DNA of 64,000 bases from Octopus sinensis. Taxonomy: Eukaryota. The translations under genes were made by a program, and so were the position numbers. The notes below the pieces were generated by a model, which saw nothing but the letters and a program-made list of their open reading frames with translations, was not told the origin of the DNA and did no database searches. Positions 54,641 through 64,000 of the stretch are shown here, piece after piece (the stretch's first letter is position 1; each line of letters opens with the position of its first letter). The stretch is taken from NCBI RefSeq assembly GCF_006345805.1, contig NC_043003.1, positions 35,774,001 through 35,838,000 of the forward strand. The letters are read 5' to 3'.

Positions 54641-55574
54641 TCATTGTTCGACCGTGGTCGAGACAATGGTATTTACCATGTTGCGCCAGACTTCACGGTC
54701 CATCATAGCATTACGAAGGTCCTGTTGCTGGATGCCTGTATCCCTGGAGATTACATCAGGGTAGGAGAGTGTGCGCCCTCTGGTGTTGCGAGTAGATGGC
54801 TTCCAGAGGAGAAGAGTAGAAATTACTTCTTTTTCAGCTCTACAAAAATGTCCAGCAAACTGGACTCTCCTACCTTTCACAAGAGATGACACAGGTGGTA
54901 ATTTCCCATATATTTGCATTTTAGTTGGATGGCGCCTCCACGAGAGATTTTGAGCTCTCATAAGGAGGCGAGTGTAGGTTCCATCCAACCGCCTCTCAAG
55001 CTTCTTTGATAACGTCCAGGTTTCTGAGCCATATAGTAGGATTGGTTCGACTGTGGTTTTGAATATTTCAAGTTTGAAGTCTCTACTTAGATTTGATGAC
55101 CAGATCTTATGCATGTCATTACAGGCTGAGCAGGTCATACCCTTTCTAGTTAGAAAGTCTTTTCCAGATGATATGTATGACCCAAGATATTTATAATCAG
55201 AAACCATATTTAAAGGTGCACTGTTGAGAGTGTGGATGATGCAATCCCTGTTGGACAGGCACTTGTTTATGTATTCAGTTTTGGTCTCATTGAGGTAAAG
55301 ACCTACACAGTTTGAGGCTTGTTCAAGAGATTGTAAAAGAGACTGGGCATTGGAGAGAGAATCACTGATAAGAGCGATGTCGTCAGCAAAGTCAGTGTCT
55401 GTCAAGTACTCAGCTGGGTGTCTGGAACTTCTTCTTGGTTTTATTTCAAAGCCCTTGCCAGAGATGGTATCAACTGACATACGTAGCACATAATCAACAA
55501 CAATGATGAAAAGAAATGGGGCGAGTGTGTCTCCCTGCAGTATTCCGGCCTCGATCGAGAAAGATGATGTTTCC
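54641..55574 (-). mobile_element. RTE-clade LINE 3' half (RT motifs to C-terminus), open frame
   Basis: ORF 54641-55600: GILQGDTLAPFLFIIVVDYVL, FADDIAL, YKYLGS, ILLYGSETW, WKP...RGR...DREVWR; followed by a (TGA)n(TTA)n tail. Confidence 0.92.
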
Positions 55575-56049
55575 AATGTGTGTAGTAGTGGCGCGCGCAC
55601 ATATTATTAGCCATTTGAAAAGACTATGGAATTTACAATTAACTGCACCAGGGTTCCTCTTCCCCAGGGAACCAGACCTAATGGTATACCTGCGGATGTA
55701 GGTCCAGGCCCTGCTTTGCCGGGTCCTGTCTCTGATCATGTTGCACCTCCAAGGGCATCCATTGACGGTGATGCCCTCAATCTTAACAGACGGGTATCAC
55801 CTGATGGAGAAGAGTCAGCCCCCAACCAAACAACACCAAACAAACACCTCATCAGCTGTAAAAATCATACGATACTCAGCACCCTCAATGCCCGCACCCT
55901 CGGCTCTCTTGGCCGTCTAGAAGAACTTGGTGCAAATGCAGAATCACATGGCATTGATATAATAGCTGTCCAAGAACACCGATTTTACCACCCTGACAAC
56001 ATCCTCAAATACCATCAAGTCGGTTCTTATCAACTTGTAACCTCCTCAA
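55575..56049 (+). mobile_element. RTE-clade LINE 5' end and start of APE endonuclease, inverted relative to the adjacent 3' half
   Basis: ORF 55626-56066: LSTLNARTLGSLGRLEEL...GIDIIAVQEHR (APE motifs); abuts the minus-strand RT half and runs into (AAT)n. Confidence 0.85.
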
Positions 56050-56060
56050 ATAATATAATA

Positions 56061-56120
<60 letters not shown>

Positions 56121-56539
56121 TAATAATAATAATAGTAATAATAATAATAATAATAACAATAATAATAATAACAATAATAATAATAAATAAATAAATAAAT
56201 AAAAATTCAAAAAATAATGCTCATGCGAACTGCCTTTATCCAACGAAAAATATTGTCTGTGTAATGGAAAACCAAAATATATGGCACCCTAGTCAACGGC
56301 AACTCGAACTTCCAACTTGTTCTTGAAGTCTCTGGATGAAACTTGGCATCATCTTGTGCAAATACAAAACCAAAGCCAAACAAATGATGATGATGATGAG
56401 GAGGATGATGAGGATGATTTAGATGACAAAAAGACGGGCAGTGCTGATATAGGAAGGCAAGAAAAAGTGAAGGGAGGTCAGTAAATATTGACCTATTACT
56501 TGCTTCCTATTACTCTGGAAGCTATTAACCGGCTTCATA

Positions 56540-58830
56540 ACGGATTAAGTATATAATTTTCTGAAAATGGAAAATCTATTTCTAGAGGAGCAAAAAGGTT
56601 GTAGGTAGAAATCAAAGGGAACTTCTGATCTGTTATATACAGATAGTAGAATGTAAAATGAGATATGTGCAGGGAAGAAGAATTTGGCCCTTGGAAGGAT
56701 AACTTATAGGAAGACCTACGAAAGTATCCCACACTGATGAATATTAGGGTAACTGACAACGCTCAGAGTCAATGAGAAGATAAACACCATTTTGGAAGAA
56801 AGTTATGAGTGTGGAAAGGAAAATTGGCATGTGCCAATGGAATAGCTAGGTTGTGCATAAACTAATCCAGTCTGGTTTTTAAATTTCATGTCCTCTCCAG
56901 TTTCCTCTTCAGTTTTGCGCAGTCCTGGGCTAGATGTAAGAAAATCCTGGATAGCCCAAACGTCAGGATTCCTCTCTCGACCTTGCTGATGTAGTCCAAA
57001 GGAGTGCAGAGCATTACGTTTGGCACCGGCTTGGTTGCAGGAGCTGCCGGAAGAGTGTCGAGTCGAATCTCAAACCGCCTACGAGGCTCCACTCCGGATT
57101 TCTCTGAAGGTTGTCTCTTTTCCGTAACCCTGGATAGGGGCCCATACTGGGTACTGTCAGCCGGAGCCAGCTGAGCCCGGGATTCGTGTCAAGCAGGGTC
57201 GTCACTCCCTGAAGTAGTGAAGAAAATCGTTACCCACTACCTATAACGTCAAAAATACGCGAGTTTATTTTCCAAGGAGACTCTTTCTCTCCCTTACTTT
57301 TCGCCATTGCACTAATCCCTCTGACAAGTACACTGAGAAACTCCCAGCATGCTTATGAGTTTACCAATACCAGTATGAGAATAAATCACCTACTTTATAT
57401 GGATGATCTCAAGATATATACTAAAACTGAGACAGACCTGGGTTCTCTGATCCAAACATTGAAAGTATTCAGTAAAGATATTGAAATGTAGTATGAGGTA
57501 GATAATTGCGCGCTACTAATAATGGCAAGAGGTCGGAAGATAAAGTCTGATGGCATAAAATTACCACAAAACAATATAAGTAAATTGCTGTGGAGAAGGA
57601 GGGACACAAAATACTTTGGAGTGTTGCAAGACGATAAATTAATGGAAGGAAAAATGAGAGGGAATGTTACTAAAGGGTACAAAGGCAAAATTAGGAAGAT
57701 GCTCGAAATAAAATTAAATGGAGAGAACATCATTAAAGCCATAAATGCATGTGCAATAGCATTATTGAGACACTCTGCTTCCTTTCTGAAATGAACATAG
57801 ATCGAGCTTCAGAACTAGGATAGAAGAACTGAACAGCTGCTCACAATGAACAACGCATTCCATCCTAAAAGTATCACAGAAAGTCTACATGTGCCAAGAA
57901 CGGAAGGTGGTATAGGACTATTAAAGGCAGAGGACATTATTAGTACTTCGATACTGGGTCTTGAAAAATTACGTTGCACAGATCAAGAAAGAATACCTTC
58001 GCAACATGAGTTATTCAAAAAGTGAGTGGAACAATAGAACAATTCAAAGAGAAAAAGTAGAACAGCAGAATAAACAAATAGAAAGAAATGGAACTACATG
58101 GCCAGTTCATGCAAAGAACGAAGAATTAAAGTTGAAGATTGTTGGCTTTGGTTGACGGACGGGAACTTGGAACGAGACAGAAATGCTAATGATAGCCACT
58201 CAGAAGCCAACCCTTAGAATAAATTTGATACAGGCAAAAATCGACAGAATGCACTCAAACAACATATATAGAACCTGCAGGAAAGGAAATGAGAGTATCA
58301 ATCCCATATTGTGTGAGTGCAGTCTACTAGCACAATAGGAGTATAAATGCAGGCGTGACTGAATATGCAAAAGAATGCATATGGACGTTAGCCGAGAATG
58401 AGTTTTCAAAATAGGAGTTACAAGATCTTTGACTTCACCATAAAGACTGACCATACCACTGAGGCAAGAAAACTAGACATGATTATAGGGAACAGAATAA
58501 ACGAACAGTATAAGATCATAGATTTTGCAATTCCCTATCATTGCAGAGTTGATACCTAAGAAATTGCATAAATTGAGATATATTAGAGAGCTGAGGAGAC
58601 GGTGAAATATCAGACAACAAATATTCTTGTAGCAATTGGAGCATTTGGCATTGCACCCAAAAGACTGGAAGTGATTGGAATTGAAATTCACATTGTCGAC
58701 CTGAAAAAGAAAAAAAATACTCTTCTACATTTGGCAAGAATCGTAAGAAATATTATTAATGTTTGAGGAAACTTGTTGACATCAAACCTCAAGATTAAAT
58801 ACTTGCTAATTAAATTAGATACACTAACGA
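56540..58830 (+). mobile_element. Degenerate R4/Dong-like element (subfamily D) with a nested RTE fragment
   Basis: EEQKGCR...YRKTYESIPH (56560-56730), resuming at 57245 with IFQGDSFSPLLF, HLLYMDDLKIY and FHPKS; ends at aataataat. Confidence 0.8.
56890..57243 (-). mobile_element. RTE (BovB/Expander-like) 5'UTR and N-terminal leader fragment
   Basis: Minus strand aaatccggagtggag...FRQLLQPSRCQT...PLDYISKVERGILT, recognised as the leader upstream of the endonuclease in RTE elements. Confidence 0.6.
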
Positions 58831-59432
58831 AATAATAATAATAGTTATTTCTAACAAAAATGTTGTGCTGCACATATTTGTAGATAGGGGATTCACTGAT
58901 TACATAGATCCCGGTTGTTCATAGGTAATTTATTCTGTCCAAATATAAAGTATAAATCAATCCTCGAAGATGGAAAAACAGCTTTCATCTCTGGAAGCAA
59001 TTTTTAGTCTTCGTAAATTATCAGAACTTAAGAGATGTTAGAAACATCACGCCATTTAATATAGTTACATGTATCATCAGCACTGAACATCTTTCCTTGT
59101 TGCCCCATATGCCACCACGAATAAATGCAGAGCCAAAGGCCAGCATTGTCTCCATTGCCTTTCACGGGGATATCTGTGGTTCCTCGTCCCTTATATTTTA
59201 GATTAACCAATGAACTAGTTCAGTCCGTTTTTTTTCCGCTCCTCAGATTTGATGTAAATACACAAACATATCCGTATATATATATGTGTGTGTGTGCATG
59301 TATGTATATCTATATACATGCATACATGCATAGATACATACATAAATACATACATGCATGCACAGATACATACATAAATACATACATGCATGCATAGATA
59401 CATACATACATAATACATACATACGTACTTAC

Positions 59433-59600
59433 GTGTGAGTGCAGTCTACTAGCACAATAGGAGTGTAAATGCAGGCGTGACTGAATATGCAGAAGAATGC
59501 ATATGGACGTTAGCCGAGAATGAGTTTTCAAAATAGGAGTTACAAGATCTTTGACTGCCATAAAGACTGACCATATCACTGAGGCAAGAAAACTAGACAT
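59433..59600 (+). repeat. Local near-identical copy of 58311-58480 inside an (ATAC)n tract
   Basis: gtgtgagtgcagtctactagc...gaggcaagaaaactagacat at both sites, with about 4 substitutions and a 2-bp indel. Confidence 0.92.
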
Positions 59601-60768
59601 ACATACATACATACATGCATACATACATACATGCATACATTTGTCCTGACCCGCTAAATATACTGTATACTGCATTCTACCTATCGACTTTAGCTATGCT
59701 GTTGGTAGCACAAGAAAGGCTCGAGTTACTATCCAAATATACCACTTCAAGTGTTTGTTTTCCCTTACGCAGCACTAAGAAATGCTTTACCCAATTGATC
59801 ATATCTTATAAATCTAAACTTCACGGATTGCAGGCAACACTGAGAATGTGTAAAAACTCTTACTCTCAAATCTCACAGTGTCAACTTGAATAGATTGGTA
59901 TTTATCTTCAAGGACAGAAACTAGTTTATCGCTAACAATATGTTGGTCCTATGAAAATAAACAAACTCATCATACAGCATATAACCACTACACATCAACA
60001 CGCTATATCACACATTATATATGTTCTACCTTTACAATAACATTGTCTCGCATTGAAACGAGGAATATGTGAAGTATTTTCACATGCACTCACGTTTCGC
60101 ATTCACGTCCTGTGAAACTGTAACGTCTCTGTGCTGTAGATTAAACCTTTATTTATCTTGTATAATTCCCATAAAGATTCCTATAAATGCTCCGTGTAAT
60201 ATGCTGTTTCTTTAAGTAGAATCTTCTAGATTTCTATCCCGCTATCTGTTTTCACTGGCAGGTATCTAACTCACAATGCTTACTGTCAACAACGAAGGCA
60301 CTGATGTTGATAATAATTCCTACAATATGAAATATCATAAACATCAAGTAAAGTCAAAGCTCTTCCTTCTAAGATTAAATTTTAAATGTAAGGAACAAAA
60401 AACAATGGTTTCGCTCCTAGGAAAACGAATTTAATTGACACAGACTCACAGAAAATATTCGTAATGATACATGTTGTATTTTATATCGTGGGTAAAATAA
60501 TAAAGTTTTGAAAATGCCCTTACTCACCATGAGTAAATAAACAGAGCTAAATAATGCCAAGGTTTTAAAGACTCGGTGCGTCAGTCTGGTTCTTTCATAG
60601 CATGGGAATAATTCACAGTAATAATTGCAAGTAAAAATTGAAATCAATTAAAATTTGAAATGAATATTAAGAAACACTCATCACATACACACACACACAC
60701 ACACATATTTGTGATGAATATATTAAGGCACACTAATTAATGGCATATATATATATATATATATAATA

Positions 60769-60829
<61 letters not shown>

Positions 60830-60931
60830 ATTAATACTTCAAATATACCGTAAATGGTCTTTACATACCGAATACCGAATACTGCTTGGTCGAATTTATT
60901 AACAATTAATTAATTCGACCCCTTTTTTGAT

Positions 60932-60982
<51 letters not shown>

Positions 60983-61609
60983 TAGTAAATAATGAAATAA
61001 CTGTTAATTTTAACATTTAGTATGAAAGAAAGACGAATGCATGAATAACAAACAAAACACACAAATTGAAACACGAAACACAATTAAAAATTTACATGAG
61101 GAAAATATAAGATAAAATAGAAAGCAAAGAAAGAAATAATATATAGAAGAAAAAAGAAAAGAAATGTAGAAAGAAAGAAAACAAAGAGAAGAAAAGAGAA
61201 TATAAATCAAATGTGATCAAAAGATGGTGGAAATTTGAAGAGAAACTAAATGAAGTAAATTGAATAGACTGGGGAGGTAGAGAAGAAGAAAAAGAAAAGG
61301 AGGAGGAGAAGGGAGAGGTGGAGATGGGGATAGGAGGAGAGGAGGAGGAGAAGAAGGAGGACCAGAACGACGACGTCGACGGGGATGACAACGATATTGA
61401 GTATGATGATGATAATGGTGTTGATAAGATAATAATTATAATGATGATGAGGACGATAATGACATTCACTATGTGATGTTGATGATGATGTAATGTAGAG
61501 ATGATGACGACATGATGACTTTTATGATGGTGGTGATGATGGTGATGAGGATGATGACAATGATGGTGGCGATGATGATGACGACGACGACGACAACGAC
61601 GACGACGAC

Positions 61610-61655
<46 letters not shown>

Positions 61656-62480
61656 GAAGATCCGAGAAAGAACGCAACGATAGCAACAAAAATGAATAGT
61701 AAATGAAGAGAAACAAAAGACAAGGAGGAAAAGAAAGAGCAGAGTAAAAATGAAGAGTGTGATGCGGGGGAAGATGTAGGGGGCGCTGAAGAAGACGAAT
61801 TAAAAGTAAGATTTAACAGATGAAGACATAACAAATGAATGATGTGGAAGTCGAGTAAGGACGAAAGAAAAAATATCGAATGAAATAAAATAAGACAGGA
61901 TAAAATGAATGTATATTAATGAAAAGAATTAGTAAAAGAAAGGACAAAAGAGAGAGACACACACACAAGCATTCACGTACACACACACACATACATACAC
62001 ACACGCACACAGAGGTGCTCATATATATGTGCGCGTATATACTTTAATGTGTGTGCGTGTATGTATTAATGTGTGTATTTGTCTACATATATATGCATGC
62101 ATTTGTGCATACACCTTGTGTACGTGTTTGTAATGTATATGGATATATATATATATATATATATACGTACATATACATATGTGTATATATTAATATTTAA
62201 TAGTGTGTGTGTGCGCGAGTGTGTGAGTATGTATGTATCTATATATATATATATATATATGTATCTAGCTATATACGCATGTATGTCTGTGTGTATGCAC
62301 ATTCACACATACACACACACAATATATCAAATATCGACGAGAAGAAATTAGAGTAGAGTGTTTTTGATGTAGAATGAAAATATGAAAAATGAACGCTGAC
62401 AGCGGAACGGATTCGAGGTGTGAATTCATTGCTTTAAAGGAGTCGTCTGGCGGGTAAAGAAAGAAGAGAAAAGGAAAGAA

Positions 62481-62536
<56 letters not shown>

Positions 62537-63000
62537 AGGAAAGAAAGTAAGAAAGTATTTAAAAAATATATGGCCGAAACAAAGAGAGATAATTACAAAA
62601 AAAATATACGAAATAAGAATACAGAAAAATAAAGCAAAAAAAATCATACAATTATCGCTTAAGTGTCGGTATGAGATTGTTGGCAACGACGAGCGAAGCA
62701 AATGTGATGAAGACGGTATGATATTATATATATATAGGAAAGGAATGATGGTAAAATAGTGAAGAATTGAGAAAGGAGAAAGTGAAATTAATTATAGAAT
62801 TACTCTGAGGGAGAGTATAATGTGTCGAAGACTGACAGAGAGTCGCAAATTGAGATAAATAGAACGGGTTGTGAATTGGAAAAGGAGATGAAGATTATTG
62901 AAACAGAAATGTGATGAAAAGAAGAAAGATAAGTTTGAGAGAATAAGAGTGTGTGAAAGATATATATATATATGTATTATATATATATATATATATATAT

Positions 63001-63040
<40 letters not shown>

Positions 63041-63424
63041 TATATATTCATATATTTATATATGTTATGCAATGTATAGAACGCATGATTCGATTCAGCC
63101 GATGGAGAAAGTTAGTAACCAAGACACACTTGGATAAATAAAGATTTGGTTATTCGGTTATAGGAGCGACAGGAAAACAAAGCGAGACAGCGATATATAC
63201 AAAGAGAGAGAGCGAGAGAGATAGAGAGAGAGAGAGAGAGAGACAAAGAATAAGAAAGTGTGTGTGTGTAAAAGAGAGAGAAATAGAGAGGTGCAAGAAA
63301 GAATTAGGGGCAGCGAGTGAGAGACTGTGAAAGAGAGAACAAAATATTGACATATCGATAGACAGACAGACAGATAGAGAGATATATAGAAATAGATAGA
63401 TAGATAGATAGATAGAATCATTAC

Positions 63425-63550
63425 TGTACCGGACAAATGGTTAGCGGCATTTCTTCCGGCTTTATACTACAAAGTTCAAATAACACCCTGGTCGACTTTG
63501 CCTGGGGACGGATGTAATCAGCTTACTCCTCCCCTGAAGTAACCTATTTT
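63425..63550 (+). mobile_element. SINE family A, deleted and degenerate copy
   Basis: ttagcggcatttc...aagttcaaat...ggtcgactttgcc...gatgtaatc. Confidence 0.55.
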
Positions 63551-63569
63551 AGGAACGATATCGTCACAT

Positions 63570-63577
63570 AGGTTTGT

Positions 63578-63659
<82 letters not shown>

Positions 63660-63785
63660 ATAATTATATTAATATATAATATATGTATATATATATTTAT
63701 ATATGTATATATATATATATATATACATACATACATACATACATACATAATATACACACATACATTCACACACACACATACATAC
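63570..63785. repeat. (TA)n/(ATAC)n/(CA)n microsatellite
   Basis: Directly visible. Confidence 0.97.
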
Positions 63786-64000
63786 TAGGTTATGTAAAAG
63801 AGGATTTTCGAATTTTTACTAATTTTTGACTTGTATCGCCATGTTCAGTATTTAATTTGATACCACTTGTTCTCCAATCGTTGCTAAATTCTTTATTCTT
63901 TGTTTTCATGTATACCGTAGACATTAATTGTTTATTCTTCACTTTACATCGTTGATAATAAGTGGTGAAAAATTGCAATTAGGGCCATTTTATGCTAACT

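Noticed and set aside
56705-56745. tagg(aaga)ccta-cgaaa followed by ctgatga
   Set aside because: Elements are in the wrong order with no stem I; the sequence is Dong RT coding (YRKTYESIPH).
57195-57245. Possible HDV-like ribozyme in the RTE leader (ggtagtg/cactact helix with G-U first pair, minus strand)
   Set aside because: Only 15 nt between the strands, too short for P2+P3+L3; no C-R-A J4/2.

Overview
AT-rich eukaryotic non-coding DNA, probably intergenic or a large intron. The SINE families, microsatellite load and TE mix point to an octopus (coleoid cephalopod) genome; this is an inference from recognised repeats, not a database hit. No host protein-coding gene, rRNA, tRNA gene or CRISPR array can be supported, and almost every ORF in the track is a microsatellite read-through. 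The window is a mosaic of decayed mobile elements: at least four tRNA-derived SINE families, six R4/Dong-like non-LTR fragments tied to (TAA)n, several RTE fragments, a young 5'-truncated CR1-type LINE with one frameshift, a LINE ORF1-like remnant, four mariner and one Tc1-like remnants, and two Helitron pieces. The top find is an apparently intact, extended type I hammerhead ribozyme at about 26050-26167 (+). It has a canonical core, a 12-bp stem II, a bulged stem I and a predicted loop II/stem I kissing pseudoknot, and it sits in sequence not repeated elsewhere in the window. Several other short repeat families carry decayed minimal (Penelope-type) hammerheads. Other notable points: a SINE and the CR1-type LINE share a covarying 3' stem-loop, SINE multimers recur with an identical junction, one RTE has an inverted 5' end, and part of a decayed Dong element was copied locally into a microsatellite. 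Coordinates of degenerate elements are approximate, and no searches or folding programs were run.
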